Below, in pieces: positions 36,964 to 51,451 of a stretch of 64,000 bases of DNA (the first letter of the stretch is position 1; each line of letters starts with the position of its first letter). Under the pieces are notes generated by a model, which had not been told where the DNA came from, ran no database searches, and saw only the letters and a program-made list of their open reading frames with translations. The position numbers and the translations under genes were made by a program. Source of the stretch: Trichosphaerium sp. ATCC 40318 (Eukaryota; Protista; Tubulinea); contig JALMLS010000504.1 of assembly GCA_038496445.1 (NCBI GenBank), positions 132,399-196,398 of the forward strand. The letters are read 5' to 3'.

Positions 36964-37475
36964 GGGGAATGCTTCTTTATAATTATAGGCGGTGTCACAC
37001 TAATTGTATTTGGAGATAGACCCACGGGCTTTTTAGAATGCTTTAAGAGTTGTGTAACCAATTTATGAGCGTCAATAAAAGTATTCAAGACATTGTGTCA
37101 TTTTCCAAAACAAAAAAAAAATCGATTTCTCGTTTTTTAATGTTACATTCATTTGGAGATGAAAACGGACACCAAGATTACTACTTACAAAACCCTCCCT
37201 TTCCCTTCCATCGTGCGCAACCATTTATGCAGCATTGGGTATAGCTCTTCATATTTCACTCGACTTACTGCCGAGAACTTACTACCTAGTAGTGCTCCAT
37301 GCGTTGATCATGGCAGCTAAAACTACAGCCACCCATATTTCAATCATTCTCGCGTGCTTAACCCTCACATTCTGTAATGGCCAAATATTGTTTCAGTACG
37401 TCGGAAAAAGCGATTGTGTAGATACCGAAAGAGCCCTACGACTTAGTTATTGTTTGAACAATTTTGACAGTAATG

Positions 37476-38493
37476 TCAGCTGCACCTTTGATTAGATCTC
37501 TTATATCTCAATGCTTGTCGCTTCGTTGTTGCATTACAATACGCAATAGGGTACAATCTATCCACTAGATCTGTCCATACCTTGGTCATGCCACCGCCGC
37601 CAATCGCAGCTACTTGACTCTGCGACACACGTTGCCAATCTGCTGCTGATTCTATTTTGAGCACATCAGCCATAGAACGCATGAACACCTTGACATTGTC
37701 CTCTTGTTTCCAAAAATGTTTCGGTTTTCTAGGCACTAACGACAAATGTCAGTAAATACATGCACACTCATGTGACATACCCGTAGAGTCAAATTTTGAG
37801 CCTATCCAATCATGATGTGGATACATGGTGCTCAGCATGCGACTGAACGAACCACGATAGTGTCTAAGAGTACATAAGCATGACTTCCAATCTTCTTGGG
37901 TACCTTAGAAAGCCAAAAGCTCCATCATACTCAAGAACACGTGTCAAGGCTACATTCTCCCAATCTTTAGGCTGTGAGATGTTTAGCCTGGCTTCCAACT
38001 AATAAAAACATTACAAAAGGGATGGATAGCATGGATAGATCATACAACTGTCAAGAAGTCTCGTCTGTGTTTAGCTGTGCACCAGTACCCACGATGTGCT
38101 TGTTCTAGAAAATGCACATGTTACTCACGTGAGCAATGAAACAGATTCTCTTCACGTACCAAAGCGCCAAGGTACCCAGTTGTGTCGTGGGTAATGGCGT
38201 TGGAGAAACTTTAACAAACTGCCGTACACGCTGTGTAAAAAAATGTCAGTTATGTTTTTTGTCTAATTGGCGTTTACTTCATCAAGCCAATACCACCAAG
38301 CGATCTGATTTGCGTTGTACGAACTGAGTGCCAATCATCCAGTTGATGCAGCGAAAGTGTCTCACTGACCTACACAGAGTGTCACGCTATAAAATAAAGC
38401 GTTTTTAGGTACGTGAGAAATAAATTTGGCTCTATTAGCGCGTTTGTTCCAGTAACACGGTGGAATCCTTCCTGGCATAATGCGACCGGCCAT
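37476..38493 (-). CDS. ~70-aa DWY tandem-repeat protein, paralog 1 (3 repeats, no nuclease)
   Basis: PPCYWNKRANRAKF..LDDWHSV..GGIGLM..YGSL..YPRHNW; HRGYW..PKDW..YRGSF..YPHHDW; PKHFW..ADWQRVS..GGGG. Confidence 0.75.
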
Positions 38494-38600
38494 TTGAGCG
38501 CTTATTTATACAACAGATTTTAAAGAAAGTCAGAGCTGGTAAAAAAACCGAATTGTGAAGAAAGCTCTGACAGGAGACACTGAACGACAGTGTTGAACTC

Positions 38601-39162
38601 ATGCCTCCAAAAGTTTACTTTGCTAGAGCGCCACTACGCATCCATCGAAACTATCTCGCGTCAAAGGGCCAAGTTGTATTTCGCACTAAACCAAACCAAA
38701 ATAAGATCGTACGCAATAATTTAGTTATTTATCTCAAAACAGCCCTTTAGCAAATAAAACAGTACCTCGAGAACATATACAACGTAAAGGTGCTGCGTGT
38801 GAACACAGTAAACTACGATGGCAAAATAAAAACCTTCCAAGACAGAAAAACAGGCAATCGATACACATACAGGCGTCCAGGTTCGTTATTAAGCCAATTA
38901 ACACATGAATTGGCGCATATACGGTGCTTTCGCTTACATGGCCTTTCTAGCCTACAAAACAGCGTACGTCACGCTTGTAGATGATGAAGCACTTCAAATG
39001 GCGCAAAGAGAGGTGTTAATGCAGAAAAAGCTGGCACAAGAGGCCGCCATTGAAGGTTCCCAACCAAAGTCAAAATTGAGCCAAAAGGATTTACGTGACA
39101 TGAATGCTATGCGTTTTCAACAACAACAAAAGGATAAGGAAGAACACGAAGCAAACTCGTAA
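38601..39162 (+). CDS. MRPL23: Mitochondrial ribosomal protein uL23m
   Basis: VVFRTKPNQNKIQIKQYLENIYNVKVLRVNTVNYDGKIK...YKTAYVTL across two introns. Confidence 0.85.
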
Positions 39163-39463
39163 AACTTGACAAGCACTCTATCCCAGACGAACACGTTTTT
39201 TTTTTTGAAGCGCTTCACACGCATTATATACACTGTTTACGCTGCTTGAGCGTACCACGTGCCTCGATCAGCGTTTTGTATTTTGCCATTTTGTACTATG
39301 TAATATTAACAACAAGATGTTAACCCAATCCCTCCTTTTGTAAGTGCCATTGGCCACTGTGAACCTTGTTTGAAAATTGCGGACTTGCTTCACGAAGTTT
39401 GTACGGAAGAGTTCTTTTAAAATGTATCTCGCCTGTCGTCCCTTATAGGTCCAGAACACTGCT

Positions 39464-42443
39464 ATGGCGGATACGTGGGGAACGCTCAAGTCCTTTGGAG
39501 GCCTTGTAGCTGGTACTCTTCGTAGTGCGAATGACTACGTGGATAAGATGGTGGACGACGCAGATAAGGCCAGAGAAGAACAAACACTGGCAAAAGCACC
39601 TACAGGCGGTAATAATGGCAAGTACAAGATGTGGTATTTAACTGACGCCCTCAATAGATGCTACAACTAATGGCAATAAACCCAGTGATGTGCAAGAGGG
39701 TGTAAACACGCCCCAAACAAAGGAAAACAATGTAGACGTGACAACAATTCAAGAAACTCCGTCTGAGAGCGTCTCTGATGACGTCGTGGTTACTGAGGCA
39801 AATGAAAATGTCCAAAATGATGATGGAGCTGTAGAACCACCAAAAACCCAAACAGACGCTCCAAAAGCGATCGAAGAACCACAGCAACAACAGGAACAAC
39901 CAAGTGTTGACACGTCTTTACCCCAAAAACCCCAACCTCCTGTCGCGGATGAGAGTGAACTAACACCTCAAGAAAAGCAACTAATGGCAAAGAGTAAACA
40001 AATGGCTATACTAGCAGAAGAAAAAGCTGCTTTGGAGCAAGCAAATTACAAATTACGTTTGATCATTGAAAATAGCAACAAATCCAACAACAGCAACGAG
40101 ATTGATGCTCTAAAACAAGAGTTTTCACAAAGGCTAGCATCTATGGAAAAGCGCATGAACGCTGCCTTCAAAGGACGTGATACAGCCGTCAGAGAATTAA
40201 AAAAACTTCGAGATAATCCGGACACAAAAAACCTCAAAACAAAGTTTGAGCTACTTCAAAAGGAAGGTCAGGTACGATTAATGATAATTATAAATCCTTG
40301 ATATTTATAGAACTTTGGAAAATTTGTGTCCTCAAAACACGTGATCATCCGTATTTGGAATAACAAGTTTTATTAAAAGGAATTGTCTCAAAAAGTTGGT
40401 CAGCAAAGGGATACAATTAAGAAGCTTCGTGCACAAAAGAAAGAAGATGATACAGCATTACAAAGGGCTAAAGAAAAGTTGGAACGCGTACAATCTGAGT
40501 TTGCATCAACTTCCGATCGTGCCAAGGCTTTGGCGATCAATGTACACAAATCTAACGAGACTATGAATCAAATGAAGAATCTCAACGCAAATCACATTAA
40601 AACACTTGAAGAGAGGCAAAAGGAATTTGTAGACCAAACAGAGAAGATAAATCAGCTCCATCAGCTGCTAGACAAGGTACAAATCAAATTGTAACCTCGT
40701 CTTTATATTAATCATCATTTGGTTTAGGCTATGGCTGAGATTAATCAGTACAAGAAGAATGAGCAGCAACTCAAGTTGGATCATGCCAAGGAGTGTGAAG
40801 ACATGAAAAATAAGTTCAATCAAGAGTATCACTCTTCTTTGCGTGCTCAAGCAACAGAACAAGCTAAGAAGGAACAACACCTGAAACAGACTATAAATAC
40901 GTTGCGACAGGATCTCAAAGGAAAGAATAACATCTCTGGGGACAAAGTAGAACAGTACGGTGCACGCATTGAAGACCTGCAGCGTACTGTGGCTACACTC
41001 CAAGAGAAGAATATGCATCTCATCAACAACACCCAGAACAACACAAGACCCTTACTCAGGGAGATTCAAGGTACCCAATTCAAACAATACATGTCACCTT
41101 CCCTCATCTAACCATTTGCTTTAAGAATTGAAGAACCAATTACGAGAGAAACAAGCCCTAATGGAAACAGTTGAAACACAGTTGAGGTAAAGGATAACTA
41201 ATTAGACAGCACCTCTCCAATTGTATGTTTAGGGAACGTATCAAGAATGCTGAAGGTGTTGCACAAGAGGAGAAAATGAAACAAGAGGAATTGAGAACAC
41301 ATGCAGAGTACATTGTGCGTATTTACCCTCTTTGAGAAATTGTTCCGTTTTGATTGCTTCTGTAGAGTTCACAAGTCAAGTCTACGACAACAAAGCTCAA
41401 TCTTAAGACGAAAGAGACGATTAAATGGATAACAATGCATGAACATCTTTCAGAAAAGTTCAAAGCGCAAACAGCGGAGAAGATTAGACTTGAAACGCTA
41501 TTGGAGAACATACAAGTGCGCAATCAAAAGTTGTTTGTTAATGTTGTTGTAACACCCACGAATTAGACACAAGCCCAAACACATGAACAGGAGATACACC
41601 ATGCTAAAGAAGCCAAGGTACGATAAACAAAAAGGGTATGACTGTAGATGTTTAGTGACATTTGTATGTTTTAGAAAAACATTGAACAAAAAATGTCAGC
41701 ACAAAGTGCAGAGTTATCAAGAACAATAGCAAGGCTTGAAGACAATATAAAACAAAAAGATGAGCAAATCACACAATTGCGCATGAAGGGTTCAGTTCGC
41801 AAGATGCCATCTGTAAAGTCTAGTGGAGACCTTCAAGAATCACCACACATGCGCCCCTTGCATCGTGTTGCATCTGATGCCGACTTGCTCCAAGTGCGTT
41901 TCAACTTTCAAATTCATCATCTTATGTTGACATTACTTCAGCTGAATAGCGGTGTTGTAAGCCCTGCAGCATTGGAGAACCTCAGAGACTCGTACTTGCG
42001 AAAGAAAAACGAATTAGTTTCCTTGACAGATAAGTTTAAGGTCCTTTCTGAGAACAAAGGTACAACTCCTTATCCAAACACTATTTTTGAGACTGACAAA
42101 TATCTGAATAGAAAAACTGGAAGGAGAAATAGTCAGTCTTACCCTGCGAACACAACAATTGTGCGTTTAATACCCTCCTTCTTTTTTCCTCCTTGTTAAG
42201 TGTTTGTTGCTGTTTAGAGAAGCTCAGAGTCGTAAAGATAAGGCTGAAAAGGCAGATGTGGATATGCGCTATATGGCCTGTTTGGAGATGATTGGGGAGA
42301 AGACAGAACAGTTAACTGATGCACAACAAGATCTCAAGGATTGGAAAGAACTTTATAAACAGCAGATACAAGAACTGTTACCCAAATTAACACAACTTGA
42401 AGAAGAGAACGCCAACCTCAAAAAGGCAAATCAACAAGAATAA
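39464..42443 (+). CDS. TMF1: TMF1/Sgm1-like golgin coiled-coil protein
   Basis: LQKEGQELSQK...TIKKLRAQ and C-terminal RYMACLEMIGEKTEQLTDAQQDLKDWKELYKQQIQEL. Confidence 0.8.
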
Positions 42444-43045
42444 CTTTTTTTCAAAAACTAATTTTTACCCGGAAAAAAAATTGCCATTGTACATCAGAAA
42501 ATAAAAATAATCAACCAACAAACATGTTGCACACAACAGATATTAGTTCATTTAAACTGTCCCAATTCCGTTCTGGGATTGTTTATTATTTGGCATTCCA
42601 CCAAACAGAGTATTTTTACAATTGACATTTTTTCTTTTTTTGTCTACAAAAGCTAATTGTTACCCTACCCACCACTCAAGGTTTTATCGTAATAGCCAAG
42701 GCATTTAATGCAAAAGCTAGTAGTGCCTTTGATAGTGCAATACAAAAAACAGGTAGTTTTTTGAGCTTGTAGGAAAGTTGTTGGGTTTTTTAACTCATTT
42801 GCAGCCACAACTTGCGAAATAGATGATTATCCTCGTTACAATTGCACTAATCCATTTATGTTAATATCCCTTGACGTTTGTAGTGTCTGTGGCTCGCTTT
42901 CTATTGATGCAGTCGCTGTTGAACAAAATCGGTAAATGTTGCTGCAGGAGTTAGTGCAACGTTTTGAAACACGTGTTCTTTTAAGATTAGTCCTGATACA
43001 ATGGTCTAACAGCACCGCCCTGTATACTTTAATCAGTCCCTTGTT

Positions 43046-45577
43046 CTATAGTGCCGGAAATAGTTCTTTTGTAGAGTGAATTAACCACCTATTTACACTT
43101 ATTAAGACAAGAATAGATTTCGATGACCGACGACTTGTTTTGTGCTTACCATTGGTTGGATTTCTTTTCCTTTCTATTGAACCTCGACCAATCCCACGGA
43201 AACTCAGGATATAGTACATCCTTAAGTATGCGTGGGTAGTATCTGAGCATACCACCTGCTCCAAAATGAGCCAACTGATCTCTAGAAACACGAATCCTAG
43301 CGAAGTCGAATAAGTTGTATGATTTGAAGTGAATGAATTACTACTAACCAATCAGAAGGTGTTGTTAGGTCCAAATGCTCCTCTACATGCTGAAGAAATG
43401 CTGTAGCATTTGTGCTGGATCTCCAAAAGCCCTTGCGATGAGGTTCTAAGGTCTGTAGCCGCATACGCCTAATGTACAGTACTTAGTAAGTGTTGAAGCT
43501 ACAATCAAAAGTAGTAATTGAGACTGACTTGTGTGCGAACTGGTCCATGTCCCAATCATGTGAATCGTAAAGATTAGACACGGCAGCAATCAATGATCCA
43601 CCGTGTTTGTTTATGATTGACAGACCTCCGTGGTTACAAGCGTCAGTACGCTTGGCATTATACCAATCATCCAACACGTGTATCCGTAGTTTTTGTCCAA
43701 GTGCATCTATTTGTAATCTCTCGACTGCTATCTCCTCAAGCATCCTAGCGTGTCTTTCAGACCCAGTAAGTTTGGCATATCGTACAGAGCTTTATTGTTA
43801 CCTGAAGTTGTTGAGCGACCAAGCGTGATACGGATAAAGTGTCTTGAGTGTCGAGGCCAAACTTCCACCATAACTATGGCGTAACAATGAGCTCTAACGT
43901 TTTACTGGTATACACGTGTACGCTGCGATGATTGATGATGCGCCATGTTCATGCACGTCACTTGGATCCACGGCATACCACCCATCTAACGTAGTTACTA
44001 CCAAGAGTTCTGCCAATCCTTCAAAGAGCGTCCTTTGTGCTGCAACGCTATTGATTGTTGATCTAGGAGCACTCCTTGAAACACTGTTAAAACAATGCAC
44101 GACAGCTTTCAGCACATACGCAAAGAGGTTATCTTGCCAAGAAAATGAAGGGAAAATAGACTGTACGGCCTTTTTGACCGATCCAAGGTACTTGTTAATC
44201 ACACTCGATCCACCAGCAGCGCAAATATCTTTTTTGGTAATGTAGTACCAATCTGCTAGCACCTTCATCTTGTACTCCTCCCCTATAGTCTCAAACTTGG
44301 TTCTTTGATTGCTCATATCGTCCCAATGCCTCATAGGTGCATGCCTTGATATCAAACTGTCAGATATACCACACTAGATCACTAATAACTTACGTAAAAC
44401 GAGTTTGACTCCACTTGATATGAGGATATACAGCAGCCAATGTCTTGGATAGGGAGTCCCCATGCCTACAGTCAATTATTCATTGCTCCGACTATATGAG
44501 CGCAAGACAATACCTTGAAAGCAGGTTTGATCCCTTGCGTGAAATAACTTGTTGGTATGTCACGTTATACCAATCCTCCATTAGGTGTATCCTTAATTGC
44601 CTTGCTATGGCACTCAATAGCTCTTCTTCACTTGGTTGCATTTCAACCCTAACAGTGCGTTCACTTTTGCGAGTGCTTCGAGTCTTGGAGTGACTGCTAA
44701 CACTTGTATAAACAACCACAAAACGCGTCTTATTCAAGACGCACTAGAATCGATTCAAGTCCCAGTTGTGTTCCGAGTATATAGATCTCACAGCATCCAC
44801 TATCGAATTTCGATATCTGTAACAACATTCAGGAAAATAAGTTGGTAAACACACGACCATGAGTACTTTTGAAGGAGACCACCAGCAAGTGAAACACATT
44901 TGTCATTTGCTATGAAGTACCAATCATCCAGTACTTTTATGCCTAACGTCATGCCTACAGCATCAAGTTTTGTACGTTGATTGCCTTTGAACGACCAATG
45001 ACCCATTGGCGCACACCTACGTATATTGGCATTAGACACGTGTGCACCAAACGTTATGAAATTTAACTTTATTATTGGACAAGAGAGCTAACCTTGTAAA
45101 CGCGTTGGCATCCCAAGTATTAGATGGATACACTGATGTGAGTGCCTTGCATATAGAGTTGTTATACCTAAGCAAAAAACGCACATGGCATGTCACGTGG
45201 AGTGTCCAGTACATGAGATAAACAAAAAGTCGCACCTATTCATCATAGGCTTGCCCCCAAGGCGGTTAATGTCATCACCGGTGACATCGTACCTGAGGAT
45301 TTGTGCTGTGAGCAGATTGGCGCAAATGGGAAAACCCCAAAATCAAAATACAGGGTTTAGGTGATGCGTACCAGTCTGGTACAACGAATACGCATACATG
45401 TTGCGCTATTTGTTCGAGATAGGCTCTTTGATTTGAAATGTTTTCCCAATATCCCGCTGGCTTACGTCCAGCGCCATCAGGGACATTTTGAGTGCGTCGA
45501 CGAGAGGATTTGGCGACAGCTAATGGCATCTGTAAATACATGCTTCGAAAGGCCTTTGTACCGCGTAGTATGGACAT
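43046..45577 (-). CDS. ~70-aa DWY tandem-repeat protein, paralog 2 (~7 repeats; stops where the nuclease domain would begin)
   Basis: KPAGYWENISNQRAYLE, LDDWY, MEDWY, LADWY, LDGWY, LDDWY, PSDW. Ends KKSNQWWLIHSTKELFPAL*. Basic, acid-free N-terminus. Confidence 0.8.
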
Positions 45578-45732
45578 TGACGCCACGAGACGGCTAGTCT
45601 AGTGCACGCTAAGCGTTGCGTTGAAAATAATGGACAAACTTGACGCTGTGACCACACACGACCATCACATACCGCTTTTTAAACCACGCTCGTGGTGACT
45701 CTTACACTAAAACTCTCAACAAATAATGCTGG

Positions 45733-48083
45733 ATGGGTGACCAATTACTATTGCATCCGTCACGCCGTAAAGGTATACAACAAGAACGCCCAGGGGAGGA
45801 GGAGTCATGGACAACGTTAGATATCTCCAACATGCAAATACGCACGTTGAGCCCCAACGTAGCAATTTACACTCATATAACCGAGTTGTGCTTACAGGTA
45901 CGGGTCGTTCAATGCGTTAAAGCGTTGAAAGGTTTAATTTTTTTCTAAATGTAGTGCTAACCCCCTGTTCTTGCAGAACAACTGCTTAACAACGCTACCA
46001 GTGTCGATTTTTACCTCATTGCTGTGGTTACAATCTCTGGACTTGTCCTGCAATAATATCCAATGGATACCGGCTGAAATATCGAATCTCTTGCGTTTAA
46101 AGACGTTGTTATTGTTTAGAAATCAAATTCGTGAGCTACCATGGACAATGGGCAAGCTCTTTAGACTTGAGCAATTATCGCTGGAAGGCAACCCAATATG
46201 TGCGTTGCAATTAATTTATTGTTGTGTTTTAGCGTTCAGTGTGTTTTGTTTCGAAATTTTTTTTTTTGCGTTGTTTTTGGCTAAAAATCCGCAACGTTAC
46301 AACCAATCTGACACTACCTAGCACGACCTTCACCAGATATTCTACGTATGGGCGCTGCAAGGGTACGTCATTCCTCTATTTTATTCCAACACTATTTAAC
46401 GCAACTGTAGACGATAATGTATTTGAGAGACAACATGCCTGGTACATTTTTTTAAATAGTTGAGATGATAGTTAAACCAAAAATGTTTTATGCTTTTCAG
46501 AATTTTGGTGTTTTTTCGTTACTGACATTTGTCAACAAGCTGGTGATCCGCCACCGCCTAGAGACTGGACTATTAACAAGAAAATAATGAATGGAAACAT
46601 CTACAAGTCGCTTGGTAAGGAGACATCCAATCTTTATTGATAATATGTCATGACTGCCTATCAACCCTCTTGTCACTAATATTCGTTGTTTGTAGAGCCA
46701 ACACGGGTGCTGTGCTATAATGTACTTGCAGAGACTTATGCACTGCCATCACGATGCGTGTACTGCCCTGATTGGGCATTGTTGTGGTCATACCGCAAAC
46801 TCCGTATATTGGCTGAACTTACAGACTACAAGGCGGACGTAATGTGTCTACAGGTACCAGATTTTTTTGCAACAAAATTTGAAATCATATTTTTTTGTAA
46901 TTATATTGTTATTGTTTTTGACGTGGTTTGGTTGTAGGAGGTAGAGATGGGCCAATACAAAAACTTCTTCTTGCCAAAACTGGCCGCACTTGGTTACTCC
47001 GGCATGTTTCGTCCAAAGAGCAGAGCGAGAACAATGGATAATTGTGAAGGCGTCGATGGTTGCGCCACATTTTATCGAAACAGCAAATTCGAACTTGTCA
47101 AAGGTACCTACCTAGAACAAAAGTGTGCTTTGGCGCTAACAAACGGGTCTCTCAGAGTATGGACTCGAGTATCAGAGCGTAGCCCTTCAAAAGCACGAAG
47201 CATTGCGTACAAAGACGTCAGAAGCAGGCTTTAATAGACTCATTTCAAAGGACAATATCGCAACAGCTGTCCTCCTACGACCTAGGGCCAAAGCATACGG
47301 GCAAGGCATCACACATAAGGATCGCTTGTTAGTTGTAAATACTCATGTGCACTGGAATCCAGGTATGACAAAACCTCTTCATCGCAAGTGTCCTCGTGCG
47401 CTCATGTCTTGTGTTTAGAGTACTCAGACGTAAAGTTGATGCAATGTAATCTCTTAATTGAGCGAATAGCGGCCATACAACAGGAAAATGGTACCAATAA
47501 CTGCGCAATTGCGTTTTTTGAGCAATTACTGACAACAATTGCAACAGGCGGTGGAGAATTGCCAATGTTGATATGTGGCGACTTTAATTCTGTACCTGGA
47601 TCTGGTGTGTACACCTTGCTCTCTGAAAGAAAAGGTACAAAACCAACAATATCCGATATCGTTGAAAACCTAACACACGCCACAGTGGACAGTACACATC
47701 CTGATTTCAAAGGACTCGCCTATGGTAGATACACTCGCCATGGATTACACCATCAACTGCACCTCAAGAGCTCGTATTGCGAGGTAAGATTCACGTCATT
47801 AACAAACAATACAAAACGCTGACTGATTTTGAAGGTTGGCGGAGAACCAGCGTTTACTAATTACACTGGCGACTTTAAGGGCGTACTAGATTATATTTGG
47901 TACTCAACGCGATGCTTGGACGTGAAGAGCGTGCTGGCACCGATAGATGAGCAATCTGTGCTGGAGCTCAGCGGCGCGCTGCCCAATCCCTACAACTGTT
48001 CAGATCACATCCCACTAGTGGCTGATGTACTGTTCCGCCTCTCGCCGAAAAAGAGGTCAATGAACCAACCCAACTCGCGGTGA
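45733..48083 (+). CDS. CCR4: CCR4/CNOT6 deadenylase (LRR + EEP domain)
   Basis: LRRs, then VLCYNVLA, DVMCLQEV, VDGCATFY, NTHVHWNP, ICGDFNS, FTNYTGDFKGVLDYIWY, SDHIPL. Confidence 0.93.
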
Positions 48084-48524
48084 AGCACCAACAATCAACC
48101 ACGATAATCCACAATCCTAATTGCTACCTGTAAATATTTGTGTATTTCCCCCCTTCCTCTCTTCTCGCTCTTTCTTTTTTATTGCACAAACGAATTCTTG
48201 ACAAACGTTCCGAAATTATCAAACGCTCATAACAAAACGAACAGAATTCGACCAAAAAAAAAAAGTGTGATAACGGATTAAACGTCACAATTAAAACAAT
48301 AACATCACTACTCGCTAACGCACGCAAGCCCACAGTACCGAATCCCGTATCGTGTACCTGTGTTCGCCCATGTGTCAGTGTCTCGTAGAAGTGAAAAAAA
48401 CTAATTGTAAGTTTACCTCATCACAAACAAACCAGCCGTAGAGTACTCACACAAGTCAATAAAACCTAGTACATTTTTTTTCCAGCATCTATTTATTACA
48501 TTTTCACTATCTGCTGTTTTCGGC

Positions 48525-49206
48525 TTAAGCGGTTGTTTTGGTACCAATGTGACCAATAGACCAATCGTATTTAAGAGCGTACAATTCGTTGATTTTTTCA
48601 TCACCGGTTAGAAAAACTTGCTTGCCTGATTTTGGGGAAGCTTGAGTACGTTTTGGAAATACAAATTCTACAAAAATGCGTTAGTTACAACCGTCTTCGT
48701 ACAGGGAAGAAAAAACAATAATTATTGTTAAATTATTTGTTTGAAGGCGCACAGTGCGTTTTTACGCCGCTGAACGAAGCTTTTTACCGCTAGAAACGAA
48801 AAACCAAGCAATTGTTGAGAATTTTTTACGTACTTGTTCCAGCGAGCTGGCACTGGCGTCTAAGGATCTTAGCAGCTTCTCTGCGCGCGTGGTAGTCTTG
48901 TAGACACTTGGAAGGGCGAACGTGTTCGATCCTGACCCAAACCTTCTTCATCTTCAAATAGTTGTCAATGCGCTTGTAAAGCTCGACACCGACAGCTCTA
49001 GGGGACACAGCAAAGATTCTTCCTGTTTTCCCGTGGTAATGCCTGTGAGGCATACCTTTTTGTTGTGCTGGGTTTGTAACAATATCAACATACTCCCCAC
49101 GCTTGTAGATTTGCATGTAGGTGGATAGAGGGATATATCCTTTATCGCGGCGTGGTCTGGTGTGTACTTGACGACATTTGCTTCTGAAACCTTTAGCCTT
49201 ACCCAT
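48525..49206 (-). CDS. RPL21: 60S ribosomal protein eL21
   Basis: IPLSTYMQIYKRGEYVDI...QKGMPHRHYHGKTGRIF...VRIEHVRPSKC. The second exon ends at TAA 48525. Confidence 0.95.
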
Positions 49207-49520
49207 TCTCTACCAAAACAACCAGTTAGCGTTTATTACTCGTTTCTGAATAATTACCTGCGCTACGAACTAAATCGATGTTAACAAAACTGACGACTGA
49301 AAAAAAATTAGCAGATTCGGTCAAACTTAGTATACTCTCGTTTCGCAACGTTTTGCATTACATTGGCGCAAGGCGAGTTACCATTGCCGCCCAAGGTATC
49401 TAATTGCGCCTACTTCGTTCTTACACCAATACAAAATTTTTTAGGCACTCATGTACACTTGAGTCCTCTACCTTGCAAACAATCTTTCTATATTGTAATA
49501 TAGTAGTTCAACGGTAATTC

Positions 49521-50436
49521 ATGGATCCAGTGAAGCGCCACCAGTTGGTAATTGCCAGCGGTGTTATTCTGGTGGTATATGCGGATCACTACCTTCTCCC
49601 CACGCTAGAAAACAACGACATTTTGTACCGTAAGACTCTAAAGTTGCTCGTTCACGCCTAAAAACGCGTAGGCATCGCTAAGTTAGTGCGCAACACGGTT
49701 TATACCGCAACGTTTTTGTTTTTGATTTCAAACGAAGTACAATACCTCTACTGCGGCGGACACACAGGTACATCGTAATTTTCGCCAGTTGGCGTTGTTT
49801 TTACGCTATTGTAGTTTGCGGGACGCTTCTGTCACAGTTTGCACGGTGGTTGACTGCCAGAGGAAGGTAACGTGAGCCTTAAAACTCGCCTTTCATTAAC
49901 TCGCGTACGTAGAGTCGCAATTGCGTTTAGATGCGTCCAGTTGGCCTTGTGGTGGAATCAATTTTGGTGCATCAACCAGGTAACCTTTTTTGTCTCCAGT
50001 CCACGACACCCGTTGCTAAAGTGTATGCATAGAAGCCTGTCTTGATAGATAATTTCAAGCACTTGGCACTCATTGCCACTATTTTAAAGAGGTACAAACC
50101 GATGCTGTTTGTTGTTGTGACCATTTTTTACAACCTGTTGCAAAGGTGTCACATTTTTTTTTTTTCGTCACAATTGATTTTGACACGTGGATTTAGTCCA
50201 ACAAAGATTGCAGCTTACACTAAAAAGCTCGAGGCACTCACTGGCAAAGTACGTTGTGCCGTGTTTAAGGGATTTTGATCTAACGTTTGGGATTTGTTTA
50301 GGCAGTTGGGATGCCTCACATTGCGCGCACTACTAAAATAACACAAGGCATAAATAGATGGCGACAGACATTCAAAAATGCGTTGCAAGGCGTGTTATAC
50401 CGCCGACTTGTCGATCAAGTCACTTCTACATCGTAA
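49521..50436 (+). CDS. Hypothetical multi-exon protein
   Basis: Seven short exons join in frame across six GT-AG introns from ATG 49521 to TAA 50436. No family recognised. Confidence 0.55.
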
Positions 50437-50579
50437 AAATGTACTCCTTGCAGCAATGATATAGTTCGTTCTCATGAGAGCGCAATAATTGTACAAAAAC
50501 AATTTAAAATTTTTCAACCAGTTGGCTTGACAGTGACTTTGTGATGACTTTTTGATTTGCTTTTTTGACACTCAGCACA

Positions 50580-51451
50580 ATGGGCAAGCAACCGTTTCAG
50601 TTTACTTACGCAGAGTATGAAGAAGGTGATCCAGTGTCATGGGTGTTGGCTATGGCGTCTATGCTGCCATTGTTCATCATTGTATTTCTGTACTAACAAC
50701 GGTTACGCCCTAACACACCAGTTAGGTGGCTCATTGTGCTATTTGCTTAGTACGACGCGAAGTATTCACGTTTTGGTTGGCTGCAGGCTATTTCGTTTGT
50801 GAGGCCTTAAACAAAGTGCTTAAGCGTATTATAAAGGAACCTAGACCTGCTGGTGCGTTTACTGGTGATTATACGTGGCGTCTCATGTCATACCAACAAT
50901 AGGTTCCTATCGCGTGGATTCGTATGGTAACCCATCAGATCATGCACAAATAGCAGCCTGCTTTGCGACATTTATCGTCTTATTGATGCTTGTTCGGTAT
51001 GTCAAATCAAGTTACAGCAAATTTTTTCACATTTTTTGTTGGCTGTCTTGCTTAAACTTTCACCCAAGCGTATGGCTTCCACTATGGAGAAAAATGATTT
51101 ACATGGCTGTCAGCGTGGGTATAGCAGTGTTAACTGCAGTTTCTAGGTACGTGTATTAGGCTGACGGTCGTTGGGTGTGCGGTTGCGAGTTCCAAACGAC
51201 AACTGACAGTGTATTGTAGAGTGCATCAAGGTGTACACTCTGTCAAGCAAGTCACTTATGGAGCTGTTGCTGGGTGCTTGTTTGGGTGTATCTGGTTCGC
51301 TATTGGTCATGCCTCATCATCCTTGTTTCGTTGGCTTGCTCAGTCTGGATTGGGACGCTTCTTCTATCTCCGCGACAGCACTAACATACAAAATGTTTTA
51401 TTACACGACGCCAACAAGTCTGGCACTTCATCTCGCCCCAAGACGCAATAA
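50580..51451 (+). CDS. DOLPP1: Dolichyl-diphosphate phosphatase (PAP2 family)
   Basis: PFQFTYAEYEEGD, EALNKVLKRIIKEPRP, YGNPSDHAQ, SRVHQGVHSVKQV, FFYLRD. Confidence 0.85.
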
